DNA of 64,000 nucleotides from Curvularia clavata (taxonomy: Eukaryota). A program made the translations under genes and the position numbers. Position 1 is the first letter of the stretch. Each line of letters begins with the position of its first letter. Location of the stretch: assembly GCA_023920165.1 (NCBI GenBank), contig CP089280.1:1-64000 (forward strand). Direction: 5' to 3'. The notes under the pieces are model-generated. The model was not told the DNA's origin. It saw only the letters and a program-made list of their open reading frames with translations, and did no database searches. Below are positions 12,520 through 25,048 of the stretch, piece by piece.

Positions 12520-12776
12520 GCCCACTTCTCATCGTGTCTGTCTCATTAGTCTTATCACGGTTCTTTGCGAGACTCTTTTTTAAGTACTAATACCAAACTA
12601 CTTGGTTCATCTCGGTAAGAGGTAAACCTCCAAGATAGCAAAATGACTCATTTCCCAAACTGCACTTTCCTGTGATGGTCTCCGTTGCTTCTGAATTGTT
12701 TCAATTACCATTCCACGTAAACCTTAGAACGTTACTATGATGTTAAACTCTGAAGCTTTGTTCCCGTAGATGGCGT

Positions 12777-13280
12777 TCAATATGATTTTCTGACCATATC
12801 CTCCACGATACAAAAACCTGCATCCAAACTTACTTCAGCACAATCGAAAGATTCCCCGTAGTCCTCCCCAATATCCACATTCCACTTCTTAATCTTCCAC
12901 AGCCCATCTACCTCATCCTTTACAAGATCGATATGATACAAACTAAACTCCGTAAACGAGAGCTCCTTCACCCTTTCCTCATCTTCGGGTCGACCATAGT
13001 AAGACACGACCTGACAAGACAAGCACGCCGTATCCGGGCCCTTGAGCTCCACGCTGACATTGCTGGTGATGTGGGTGGTTATCAGCGAGAAGAGGTGTTG
13101 AAACCGTTGGCGAGTGTGTTCCAGCCTTCCAAAGCGATTAGTTTGCTGATGTAACTGAGGTCTTCGGTCTTGAGCATGCCGGATTCGAAGATTCCGTGGC
13201 CGTTGCTGTCGATGCCCGTGAGGCAGCGGTAGAGTGCATCTGCTACTTCCTCGCGCGGGGTGAGACCTAACCAATGAGAC
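12777..13280 (-). pseudogene. SnoaL-like (NTF2-fold) protein, frameshifted
   Basis: GLTPREEVADALYRCLTGIDSN in one frame continues as TTHITSNVSV ... YHIDLVKDEVDGLWKIKKW in another (shift near 13105). No clear start codon. Confidence 0.7.
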
Positions 13281-13568
13281 CGTAGTTCGCCCCCAATATA
13301 ACGCTAAGTTAACCCTAACTTGATATTATTACTCACTAAGAGCAAGATTAATGACGAGTGCTAACGTTATTATAAGCTGGTAGAGTTGCTATAAACTGTT
13401 TGTGAGGTTATGGGTGTAGTTGGTATAGCACGAGGTGGATCAGATTGGGTTATGAGCGGATAGTCCTGTATTCACGGGACGAATCACTAGCGAGCTACTC
13501 TAGTGATTGTAGACTATTTATGGGCGCTGCTGACGCCCGGGTGACTAAGCTGGGCCAATAACTAGTTA

Positions 13569-15401
13569 ACGTGTTCTATCAGTAAGCTGGAAACATCAGT
13601 AAGCTGAACGCCCCACCCAACCTGACGCGACGCTTTGCACTATTGAGCCACAACAACGCAATTAAATAAGATAAATTTAAGGGATAAGATTAATTATCTA
13701 GTCTTACACGTAGTACGAGTGTGTCCTTGAATATAGCACTTCGAACACGTTGGTGGCGCGCGCTGACGTTGCTGACTGCCCTCACTCTACTTAGTGCCCA
13801 TAACCACCCTTTCTGCCTCTATAGCAAGCTGCTGCGCCTGTCGCACTTAGAGAGCTCCACTAGAAGCAATATATTGACGCCGCCCCTCCTGCTTTTACTT
13901 TTAACGCTAGTTGGCTCTACGTAGCTTCTTATTTTCCTCTATAAGTATTGTTGCTAATTGTATTATAAGCTGAGCGCTTTTTGCAAGCTGGCGTATAGCA
14001 ACGCTTGTTAGGCTATCTAACTGCCGATGTAGCCGCTCTTGGAGATAGAGCACCTGCTGCCGAAGTTGCTCTACTATATGCGGTGTTTCTGCCTGCCTTA
14101 TAGTAGTATCGCCCATAGTTGTCTGTAGTAGAGACGGCGTCCGGACAACTGTTAGCGACGACAAGACACAATCTAGATAGAAAGGAATAAGGCCTGTTGT
14201 TTAAAAGCCTGTCTAGATATTCTGCTGTATGAAAATTATCTGTCAGATCTGCGTATAGACGGTAAGGAAGTCTATCTTATCGATATAGTAGACGTCTTGA
14301 CGGGCGAGCTTCTCAACTTCACGTCCGTACGCGCGCTTAAGAGGAGAGTAGCAGCTTACGTCAAGAGGCTAGAGGAGATACGACGTATAAGGTGGCATAT
14401 AGAAAGTAATAATCTTATTATCAGCGTAGTACTAATCAAATTCTGGCGTAGTATAGCTACTATGGCTGTCTAGAATAAGAAGACAATAGACTCTAGCTGT
14501 TCGAGCGGCTATATGCTAGTTAAAGTGTTTTACCTAGTCTACACCAAGCTCATCTATCGTCCAGCCGTTGGCTAATACGCCAATAGTCCAGTCAAGTGGG
14601 AGCCCTTCGTACTAGGCAGCCTAGTAGACTTTACCAGCTAGTATTATAAACGGTAGAAGACACTAGCTAGACGCGTTAGCGCACTCAATAGCTATTACCC
14701 ACTCGCGATTACCTAGCTAGATAATAACTGCTCTATCTACTCTATTAGAGCTCGTAACAACTTTAGACGTACTAGCCACGCCTATCGCGAATCTAGTTTC
14801 GTTAAAGTTGTAGATATTCTAGTTAAAAACGCTGTACGTCTGACGCGTCTCCTCTACTAGCTTAAACTAGGCTATAATTGCGATAGAATCCTTGTAGGAG
14901 GCGCGCTAACTATATAATCTTCTAGTCTACTTTATCTAAAGCTTAGACTAGCTCTAAATAAATCGCGATACCTAGCACTTGCTAGTAGGTAGTAGAGGTG
15001 GATCTTAGCTACGCGCGGTAAGTAGAGTGTCTGCCATTCGTCGCACGTCGATAATATATAGCGGAAAACCACGCTAGTTAAAGGCTAGAATCTATTGCAC
15101 GAGAGACTGCTCTTTAATAGACGATAGCTTTCAGTTAACAGAGACTGTCTCTAATTATGGCTGGATACCGTAGAGACGTGTGTAAAGCGTTGATTTTAGC
15201 ACATTATACGCTTTTGTAAGAGAATAAATAGATTGGCTTAAATTATTATAATAAGACGCGATAGCAAGGCTTAGTCTACCTTTACGAGAAGTCTGTATAG
15301 AGCGTTGTTGTCGCGGCATAGTAGTTGTGGTGTGGAGAGTCGCGTCAGGTTGGGTGGGGCGTTCAGCTTACTGATGTTTCCAGCTTACTGATAGAACACG
15401 T
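13569..15401 (-). mobile_element. pogo/Fot1-type (Tc1/mariner superfamily) DNA transposon, RIP-inactivated
   Basis: 63-bp perfect TIRs (ACGTGTTCTATCAGTAAGCTGG...) and TA target duplication. Transposase relic starts at ATG 15319 and contains N(F)NET, NGWT, LILDSHSSY and YLL*PLDVSCYSPLK motifs. Confidence 0.95.
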
Positions 15402-15894
15402 TATGGGCCAAGCTAGTCCAAGCTGTAGCATATCCTGACAGTAATATATGTGCTAGGGGAGAGGGACAAAGTGCTCAAAGTAGTCAAGTTAGACAGTCTA
15501 TTTCGATCGTAGTAATCCGCTCTACCTTCTATCTACTAGCTATTCTACTACTATACATATTAGCTAGAGTAGATTCTAGAAGAATCTATCTAGTAGTAGA
15601 TTACGTAATCCTTAGCGTCATAGATGGATGTCTCCTGATTGACTATAGTCTTGACAGATCGACTATAGATTTAGTTAATTCTAGGTGTAGTAGTACGCAT
15701 CTAGGCTCTATGGATCAGCTGACTAGCTTAGATCTACAACAATCATATCTATCTTCAAGTACTTTATAAGTAAACAATCCGGCTCTAAAGTTTCAAATAA
15801 ACCGACTCGCCTGGTCCATGCACGCGTCCGCAATCTGTAGCAAATTCAAACAAACTGACTCGGTTTGTTCGTATTATAAAGCGAGTGTCTAACT

Positions 15895-16914
15895 CTAAGA
15901 GTGACTTCCTGGTGGGCCTGCAAGGCTAATAGCAATAACCTTGCCTCCTTCCGTGTACAATCCATTGACAGGATTGGAAACACCACCGCTTGTGGTTACG
16001 TAAATGACGTTGGTATCTCCATTTGTTCGTCCAAAAGCGGCAGAAGTAAGACCCGGCAGCAGCGTAGAGTTTGTACCACCTGCAACAGGTACTTGAGTTC
16101 CATCTGCGGTGACTTGGGCCAAAGTGTTCCTCTGGTTGACCGCGACGAACGCCGAACCCTTATCGAGAGCAAAATCATCGCCGAAGGTAGTGTTGCTTAT
16201 AATGACTGGATCACCGAGGGCTTTTCCAAAAACGGGGTCGATTTGCACCATGCCGAAAGAGGTGCGGAAAGTGTTGACAAAATACAAAGACCCATCCTTG
16301 TACTTGATGCCATTGATGCCGATTGGGATCGCAGCATTGACTGGTGGGAGGAAAAGGTTATGCTTAAGTGCCAAGACGTGCTCCTTTCTCAAGATATCGA
16401 CGCGATACACCTCTGCTTTTATGCTGTCGCTAACCAAGATGATACCGTTTTCCTTGTCCAATGTTGTCATTCCATTCAAGAGACCGGCGCCTGGTAGGTC
16501 AACAATTTTAGAGATTGCCGGGGTTGCTTGAGCGGTGTAGTCGACTACCCATACTGACCAGGCGCCTGGGTCTACCAATCCAGTGCTGACTGAGTAGTTT
16601 CCCACAACAACAGCAAAGACATCTTTCCGGGCTTCTGTAATGCCCAGCAAGCTCTTATACCCAGCAAAAGAATGCACGAGCTTTGTAGATGCTGCCTTAT
16701 GTGGATGGATTTCATGCAGCTCTGGACGGTCCGTCAAAGTGACCAGGAGATTGCCATCGTCTCGAATGGCGATATTCTCAACCCAGGTGCCATTGGCAAA
16801 CTGATGAACTGTACGAACGTCGGACGATGGGGTCGATGATGCCGCGATGATTGACGGGTTTATGAGCAGGGCCAAAAGGGTGTACCCAGTGCCTTTGAGA
16901 GAGAAAGTTTTCAT
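15895..16914 (-). CDS. Secreted SMP-30/gluconolactonase-like six-bladed beta-propeller protein
   Basis: Signal peptide; WVENIAIR, LLNGMTTL, ILVSDS, GINGIK, FGDDFALD and TSAAFGR blade motifs; 339 aa without introns. Confidence 0.88.
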   Translation of the reverse strand: MKTFSLKGTGYTLLALLINPSIIAASSTPSSDVRTVHQFANGTWVENIAIRDDGNLLVTLTDRPELHEIHPHKAASTKLVHSFAGYKSLLGITEARKDVFAVVVGNYSVSTGLVDPGAWSVWVVDYTAQATPAISKIVDLPGAGLLNGMTTLDKENGIILVSDSIKAEVYRVDILRKEHVLALKHNLFLPPVNAAIPIGINGIKYKDGSLYFVNTFRTSFGMVQIDPVFGKALGDPVIISNTTFGDDFALDKGSAFVAVNQRNTLAQVTADGTQVPVAGGTNSTLLPGLTSAAFGRTNGDTNVIYVTTSGGVSNPVNGLYTEGGKVIAISLAGPPGSHS

Positions 16915-18891
16915 AGTGTTTCCTGCAAGACGGAGTTTTCTGCGAGATGGATGATAGTAAAATCAGTGAACGGAGGGTCAACAGCTCGAAATTTATACGT
17001 CAAAACTGCACGACTCAATACTGCTAATACCACTTTCCTCTGTTTAGACGTACTTGATCTCTTGTGAGTAAGCAAAAGGCGTGAAAGCGGAATACGACCG
17101 ACAGATTGCAGATACAGTTATGGTAGGATGATTAATATGGGAAATTACTACGTCTCCCTAGCGCGCACTTAGTGTGCACGCATCGTCATTTCGACGGTAG
17201 CTCACAGTAACGGAGGCTCCTAATCAAGAACAGATGTTCTAGAAGGGCTATCCTGGGCATTTTCGTCTATTACTTGATGCTAACTTGATCTAAGCAACAC
17301 ACGTATCGCTTAGCCATAAGAGCTAGCTAGCGGTATACCTGAACTTAACAGAGTACTGAATCGTTTTAAGCGCTGTATGATTTACTTTATGCTACAAAAA
17401 GTAGTACTGTGACCAGATAGCTGGAAGAGCGAAGCAAATGGTAAGGATCGTAGGTAGAACAGAATGCGCGGACGCCCGCTAGGGAATTGTTTAATAATAG
17501 CTACAAAGTCATACAGTTCGCAGAAATAATCAGCGGGTAGTAATACATTCTTTTGATTACTGGTATGCTATGCACGCAATTGTGCGATATTAGAGTTCCA
17601 GATTATAGTGACTTCCCGAAGAGAGACCGACCCAAAGAAAAATCGGCCCGTTAGAGACGCCGCCATGAAAAAGAACGCGGAATTGCTGTAAATAGGATTT
17701 AAATCATCTAAACTCAGCGGTACTCCTGTGATTACAAATTTGAATTCGATAAGTTTCTGAGAGTTGATAATATTTTCTATAGCTATAGGATATTCCCTGC
17801 TGCGACGATTAGGGGCTTTGATGCTTGAAACTTGAAGCCGATCATCTATCTGCGTACCTGCATTATTTTCGTGCGAGTCGCTCTCTGTATCTGAGCTGGG
17901 CTGACTGTCTTTGACGACAACTGAATTTTCTACGCAATATTAGAAATAGTGTGTAAGAGCCACTATTACGATCGCGCCTGGGCGCTTACCTTGACTAATA
18001 TCTTTAGAAGGAGCTGGCTGATTTGAGCGCTTATCTGTGCCCTCTCGAAAATTTCGACTGAATTCTTCGCCTTCACTTTCGTTCTAGGGCGCAAAATCGT
18101 TGCAACTGCTAATATTACCATCTTCTCTACCTCTTCTACTGCTAATCTCGCTGTTGCTTTCTCTAACTATGTTTACGTTAACTAGTATAGATAGTATGAT
18201 GGGACGAAATGTAATATGTAAATATATAAGTATATAGTAGAAGTAGGCTCTAAATAGTATTTTTCATTTTTTATATCAAATTAGTTAAAGTTAGGCTGTT
18301 ATATGGGGCAGAAGGGGGAGTTTTAGTAAGGGTAACACTAGCATGCGCAACCAACCCGTGGGGTACGTTAATTTATTATTTGAATATAGCATTCTTTGTC
18401 TATGCTGATTGAATCTATACATCCTTCATATAACGAGAAAGCCTGTTCAACATTCGTTTCGACTTGAGGTGATCAAGTGGCTAGGGTATATGGCACCTGT
18501 AAAGAGACCAAGGGACACCTGTGAGCCTCGAAAGCCATTAGAAAAAGCTTCTGTAGGAGAGATCCAACAACTTACCTACGCTACGGCTGCAAAGCGCCCT
18601 TTCCTCGCTCGCTTCTGCTAGCCCTTCTTGCCCTTGAGTTTTGAGGCTGCTCGATACAATTACCGCCCTACCTATAAATAAAATACGAAGAGAGAATCAA
18701 TCTATCGATCTATTACGCATTCTCTGACTCAGAGATTTTAAGCTAGTCTCGTAGCGCTTCTAGACATGGACGGAAATCTGCTCTAAAAAGCTTCAACATC
18801 ATCAACTTCCAAACCTTCTACCTCCTCTACTTCCACATCACAAGAGCCGATCAACAATTATTAAACAGCCTAGCGCAAACTACTACGCTCC

Positions 18892-19828
18892 ATGCCCCCT
18901 GGATTGCCCGGCCCAAAACCATTTATCGTCCACCTCCATCTACCATCTCATATGAAAACTGAAATCGATTGGCACAATCCCGATTCCAAACCAGGTATAA
19001 TATTCGATGGGGTTTGGACGGATGCAATACCCATGCACCCCCGACGTCAACATCCCCACCGCCTTCTCTACTCTCCTGATCGACCCCCCAGTGCCGTCCC
19101 TCCGTAACGGCGGCTACATGGAGGACCTCGAGAGCCGCTACCAGTCGTGCCGTGTGTCGGGCATTGTTGACTTTTGCGAGCAAGCGCACCTGGTCTCGGC
19201 GGGCGAGAGGGAGCGGTGGGACACGAACATGGGCGAAAGCGGCGACCTGGAGATTCAGTTGGCGCTGAACAGGATGCTGCTGGGGGTGGACCTGCACTGG
19301 TCGTTCGACGCTAGCACGTAGGTGCCGATGGTGAAGGAGGGCGGTCGGCTGATTGTGTACGTGGTGCGGACGGCTGACGTGTTGAACCAGTTCGCCGCGC
19401 TGTGGCACAACGTCAAGATGCAGAAGCTGGTGGGCATCGACCGGCGTTATCCGTTTGCACGTGTCGCGTGGGCGGTGCTGTCGCTTCGCTACGAGTTTCT
19501 CTCAATTTGGCGACTAGCGCGAGGCAACCTGTTCCTGCGGATAAAGGGCAGCGAGCTAAAGGAGATGAGGCCTGACATGTTTAAGCAGTTTTCGCGCTCA
19601 CGGTCAAGGAACCCCAGCCCGACCAAGTGGCCACGGTTGCAGGCGCTCAACGAGGATGTTGGCGTTTTTATCGCTGCGGAGCTGGGTTGGGGTGACGAGG
19701 CCGGTGATGAGGCAGGTAACGACTTGGAGGACAAGGAGCAGCAGCTCTACGGTGCCGACGATGACTCAGGCCCGTATCAAAGTGGCCGCAAACGCTCACG
19801 GAACCCTGTACCATTGCTGCCACCGTAG
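18892..19828 (+). pseudogene. HNH-endonuclease-domain (HNH_2 type) protein, disrupted
   Basis: CRVSG...EQAHLV...NRMLLGVDLHWSFD ... FARVAWAVL. In-frame TAG at 19319-19321 and an upstream frameshift. Confidence 0.7.
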
Positions 19829-20267
19829 GACATTGGCACAGATCCGCTCCTCGAACTCGACCATCTCTGCATGCCGATAACCCTCTCGAGGGCAAAGAAG
19901 CGAATCAAGCGCGCTACAGCTGTGCAACAGGTTATGCTTTTCCACCCGCTTGCCCCGTAGAACTCTCATCGTATTGAAGTGCGTGTGCTGATGCCATGTT
20001 CGACTCCGCTCCGAAGGATGTAACAAGCGACGCTGGCGCTGGGCAAGTAGTACGAAGGCAGGAGTGCGCATTAACGCTTATGTCAAGCCAAGGTTTTAGT
20101 CTGGTGGCCTAACGAGTACGCACAAAATCAGCCCAGTCTGCCTTGGTTGGTCTATGAGCATTGCGTGTACTGTAATTCTCATCTCCTTCCTAACAGGATC
20201 TAGATTTATCCCTTAAGTTAACAGGTCAGAGCCATATATCGACCTTCACGACTTGACCACGACCATT

Positions 20268-21428
20268 ATGGCTTCGATTCTGGTCTCTCTTCTATACTAC
20301 TTCGTCTTTATACACGTTAATTACGCGTCACTAGCTACTGGACAATTGGTCTTCCCTGTCCCAAGCGGTCAATATGCAGTCGCTCATAGCACGCTTAAAC
20401 TCACCGACGACTCCCGAGTTGACCCTTACGACCCCAATCATGGAAAGCGGAACGTCATGATTTCCCTTTTCTATCCGATACCTCGCTATGCATGCGAGCA
20501 AACCTGTCCAATTCCGTACATGCCTACCATCACTGCGACCTACGTTGACGCCTTCGCCGCTCAGTATGGGGTTCCAAACGGTACATTCGGGGCTATCCGG
20601 ATGCAGGTATGCTGCAAACCATCTCGCCGCGTGGTTAAAGATGTCGGGAAGTTCCCACTTGTGTTATTCTCTCCCGGCTTGGGTGGTACTCGGCTACTGT
20701 ACAATGTGCTCGCAGAATCGCTAGCGAGTGCGGGATATGCAGTTGCTACGATGGATCATACGTTCGAGACGCTCGTGGTTGAGTATCCTGATGGATCATT
20801 CACACCCGGACTCAACGCGTCGTACTGGGACCCGAGCATACCCGGAAGACTGGAGTCACTCTTGGGTGTGCGAGTCGAGGACGGCCGCTTCGTCTTATCG
20901 CAGCTCGGGCGCAAAGATGTGGTCCAGAAGTTGGCGCCCGGATCGGCGTGTGGGTTCAATACCAGCCGTGTAGCATTCTACGGTCATTCGTTCGGCGGGG
21001 CCACAGCAATCTCCGCACTCATGAACGATACACGCTTCACCGGAGCCATCAATATGGATGGCACACAGTACGGCAATCAAACTGATGTCAAGAAACCCGC
21101 CCTGCTATTTGGCCGAGCAGAGCCAAGTCCGCACAATCGTACGAACGATGCTAGCTGGGAAGGTGTTTGGAGGCATTTGAAGGGATGGAGAAGAGAGCTT
21201 GGATTGAAAAATTCAGAGCACCTTATGTTCGGTGATGTTCCATTGTTCCTCAAGCTGAGTAGGTTACCGATTCCTGTCAAGCCGATCATTGGGAGCCTGG
21301 ATGGTGAAAGAAGCTTTGAGATTATTACAACTTATATCGAGGCGTTTATGGATTACGTCTTGAAAGGGAGGAAGAGTGAGCTTTTTGATGGACCGAGCGA
21401 GAAGTTCCCTGAAATGGTGGTGGAATAA
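20268..21428 (+). CDS. Secreted PAF-acetylhydrolase-family alpha/beta hydrolase
   Basis: Signal-like N-terminus; PLVLFSPGLG, LASAGYAVATMDH, GHSFGG nucleophile elbow, GAINMDG. Confidence 0.92.
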   Translation: MASILVSLLYYFVFIHVNYASLATGQLVFPVPSGQYAVAHSTLKLTDDSRVDPYDPNHGKRNVMISLFYPIPRYACEQTCPIPYMPTITATYVDAFAAQYGVPNGTFGAIRMQVCCKPSRRVVKDVGKFPLVLFSPGLGGTRLLYNVLAESLASAGYAVATMDHTFETLVVEYPDGSFTPGLNASYWDPSIPGRLESLLGVRVEDGRFVLSQLGRKDVVQKLAPGSACGFNTSRVAFYGHSFGGATAISALMNDTRFTGAINMDGTQYGNQTDVKKPALLFGRAEPSPHNRTNDASWEGVWRHLKGWRRELGLKNSEHLMFGDVPLFLKLSRLPIPVKPIIGSLDGERSFEIITTYIEAFMDYVLKGRKSELFDGPSEKFPEMVVE

Positions 21429-21809
21429 TGTAGTTTTCCTCAATGCCGATGCTTACCAGATTGCCCAGTAAAGGGCTCAATGTGGGGTGGGCCTGCGTCT
21501 AATTCAATGAGTCTGCTCCCAATGCCAACCTTAGGACTCCCCTATCTCAAGATCTGATCTGGCTGTGGCTGTGCTCGAATCGTCTCGGATACCGCGCGAT
21601 AATGTTGGTAGTAGTAAAATACCTCTAATGTACCTCACGGGCGAGTTGCCTACTTTTGCCAAACCCTTACTAAAACTACTACCTTACCCTGATATTATAA
21701 TAATAATAGTATTTAGAGCTCTTTACTAAATATTAGATATAGCTTACTCTCTAAGCTCTTAGATAAAACGCGACTCTTTCTTTACTATACGCTACAGCTA
21801 TCTATTATA

Positions 21810-23656
21810 ACGTGGTTCACAAGCGAGCGGCTCACCCAACCGAGCGGCTCACGCCCCACCAGCGCGCCGACGTCGACACGTTATTACGGTCTTTTATCAC
21901 AGTTAATAAACTATTACGATATACTAATTTAATTATTAGAATCGCCACTATTACTTGTACTATCTATCTTAACTGCATAGGTACGAGCGTTGTGTCTAGT
22001 CTGCTTGCAACGCCCGCACCGCCTCTCTCCTCGCACCCTCTTCGACGCACTCTTACCGTTGCTACGACTGCTACCCGCCTATTTAGCTAACACTTCTTAT
22101 ACTTCGCCTATAGTAAGAGTCTTTTCTATCTATACGTATCGCCGCTTATAGCTCTTACGTTTATTTAACTCGTTAAGAGCCGCTTAAAGAGTAGTAATTT
22201 TCTCTATTAGAAGTACTATCTTATATGCTATTTGCTGAGCCTTTTTACTCAACTGCGCGATCTGCTTGGTAAGTAAATTGGCAGAAGACCTACGGCGATT
22301 TCTCACGCTCTATTAAATAAGACTAATTTAAGCTTTAACCTCACGCGCGTTACGTGGTGTCTGCGCCTTCTAGGCGGCTGTCTATCGCGGTGATTGATGT
22401 AGTATCTGCACTACTATATTAAGCTTTGATAGTACAGCCTATAGGTTATATAGGACTAGACCAGCGTCTCTAAAGCCAGCTTAGATATTCTCTTTCGTAA
22501 TAGACTACTTAAAAGCGGCCTTAAAGGCTAGTAGGAAGGTTTTCTTGCTAATATAGTTGGTGCAGTTGCGTACTAAGCCTGAAACAGCGTCGCTATACTT
22601 GCGCTTCAACGGCGAGAAATAGGCGACGTCAAGAGGCTGTAATAGGTAAGACGAGTGCGTAAGTATATAGAGAAGAACGATATTCTTCTTCTTATAAAGA
22701 TCTTAAAATTCGACGGAGCAGTAGCTCTTATAGCTATTAATAATTAGTAGTTAATATCTATCTATAGTATACCTCTTTATATAGATATTAAAGTGCTTTA
22801 GCTAGATAATACTAAGCTGATTATTTATCTAGCTATTAGGACTAACTTTAAGAATCTAGTTAGTAGGTAAATTTTTAAACTAGACGTTAATAAGCACCTT
22901 ATCTGTAAAGATAATAAAAGATGGTATCTAGCGATCTAACGCGCCTACGCCTTAGATTATAGTAATCTACTTATAGTTGTCTAGCTATATCCGCTTCTTT
23001 TTACTATATTCTTCTAAGTCTATAATAATTAACTATAATAAAATTTTATCTATTATAAAGCTAGTCTTATTAAAGTTGTAGATATTATTATCTATAATAC
23101 TCTACTTCTGTTTTATTATCTAGACTAAGTTAAACTAGCGTTAGATAGCTACTAGATTCTTATAGGCGGCTCGCTAGTAATTATAGAGACGGCTCTAGCG
23201 TATACAGATTTTAGAAGTTTACTTAATAAAATTATTAACTTAGTTCTTACTAGTAAGGTTGCTCTCCCGCTTATATAATAGTTTATTAGCTATTACTCGA
23301 ACGTTAGCCTTTATAGGCGTAAATCCTTGCGCAGACTCTTTAAAAATACGTTTAACTATAGCCTTCTTTTCTAGCTTATTTAAGCGCTTTGAATTTAGTT
23401 CGCAGTCGCGTTAAGAGCGTCTTCTAGCGCGTTAGTAAGACAAAGTTCTTTAAGACACGTTATAGATAGAGACAGTACGTCTTTAGCTTTAAATACGTTG
23501 CGATTAGATATTAAAAAGAGTAAGTTGAAGATCTAATTTAGGATAAGTTGATTAATTATCGCGTTGCTGAGATATAACGCGTTGTAGTGTCGACGTCGGC
23601 GCGCTGGTGGGGTGTGAGCCGCTCGGTTGGGTGAGCCGCTCGCTTATGAACCACGT
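21810..23656 (-). mobile_element. pogo/Fot1-type DNA transposon, RIP-inactivated
   Basis: About 70-bp TIRs (ACGTGGTTCAYAAGCGAGCGGCTCACCC...) with 2 mismatches, TA target duplication, and a transposase relic including YLLQPLDVAYFSPLKRKY. Confidence 0.95.
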
Positions 23657-25048
23657 TAATATAAATGTAAATAAATATTATTCCAATCTTAGTTCTATTC
23701 TCTAATGAATTCTAAGGAACTAAAATCTAAAGAGTTACTAAGAAATTAAGAACTAAGGTCGATTCTAACCTTAGTTCTGTTAGGGATTGAGAATAGAAAT
23801 TGAGGATAGAGCAAACCATACTCGTATGTTCCTTGATGTCTAGGTGCTCTGCTTGCAGCAAGTAACAGGTTTCATGCCGAGTCATGGAGCATGGCCAAGA
23901 GACCACTACAGCCAATGTAAGTGATCAGTTGATGGAAGACCCCGTCCCTGGTTCTAGAAGGACGCGGAATGGCCAGCAAGCCTTGTATAGTGCGCATAAT
24001 TGTATTTATATAGTATGTTCTAGATTAATTTGTTCGCTTACGGTCATAAAAGCAGACAAGCTCTTCTTCACTGTGGAGGAAGGATGCAATCAGTCAATGG
24101 TGGTAAATAAGACTTCCGTTGACAGCCTCGCGTTGTAAGAGGCTCCCAATGCTATAGGCGTTCCAAACTCTATCTGAGTATCGTTCATGCTTGATAACAA
24201 TGTTGTGTTAGAACATCATTGCACAGCAGGACCCATTTGCAGCTTTTCTGATTCCTGACTGGTATGAATGTTGATCTTTCATGCAGCTTGATGTGTGGCT
24301 AATAATGTGTTCACCTCGTTTGTTAAATGTCAAACCTGAACCCAGGTTCACTCGGTTGCAATTCTGAACCGCTCGAAAATCGGGTATCGCATGGAGGCGA
24401 ACTGAGTCTGTCTTCAAAACAAGCTTACCTAGAATGAACAAGCTTTACAGCTAAGCGGACCTATCAATCTAGAATATATTAGGCTTAGATGAAGTGGCCG
24501 ACGCCATCCGCATGATACGTCGCCGGAGGCCTCGTATTAACCACATCCTCGGCATTAATAAAGAACAATCAACCAATCGGATTTTACATCATCGAAGAAT
24601 AGATTGAAACCTTCTAGACGACCAAACATAACCGGGTACAGGCATGCAACGAAACCGGGGAATATGCTTCTTGCTATCCGTCTTATGACCAGGTAATTTC
24701 ACGTCCCGTGATGACCATCTTCTTGCGAATTTCCCAACCTGGTTTGACCCGTATCGGAAATAGTCCCATAAGCTACAGGTACAGGTTAGGGCATTGAGTA
24801 GCGGTCCCCAAAATCAAACGCTTGACCTTTATCGCATCGGAGAGTCCTCGAATTTCCCGGAAGCGAATATATCAGATTTCGCCATTAGTTAGTCTGCGGC
24901 TGGTCGAGCCTAAACACCGGTCATGTTGGGCATGCCTGTCACGTTGGAGGTTGAGAGCTGGAGTACAAAGCCTCGTCGAAGCCCTCCTACTTTCACACCA
25001 TAGCCTCGAAGCGCCTTGTCAATCCTTACATTCCAGATCAACTCTTCC

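Noticed and set aside
13310..13320. Interstitial telomere-like TAACCCTAAC (also GGGTTAGGGTTA at about 52172)
   Set aside because: Two units or fewer, as expected by chance.
15901..16531. Long antisense ORFs over real genes (also at 8274-8747, 37025-37516, 54369-54788)
   Set aside because: Shadow ORFs on the opposite strand of well-supported genes, with no motifs.
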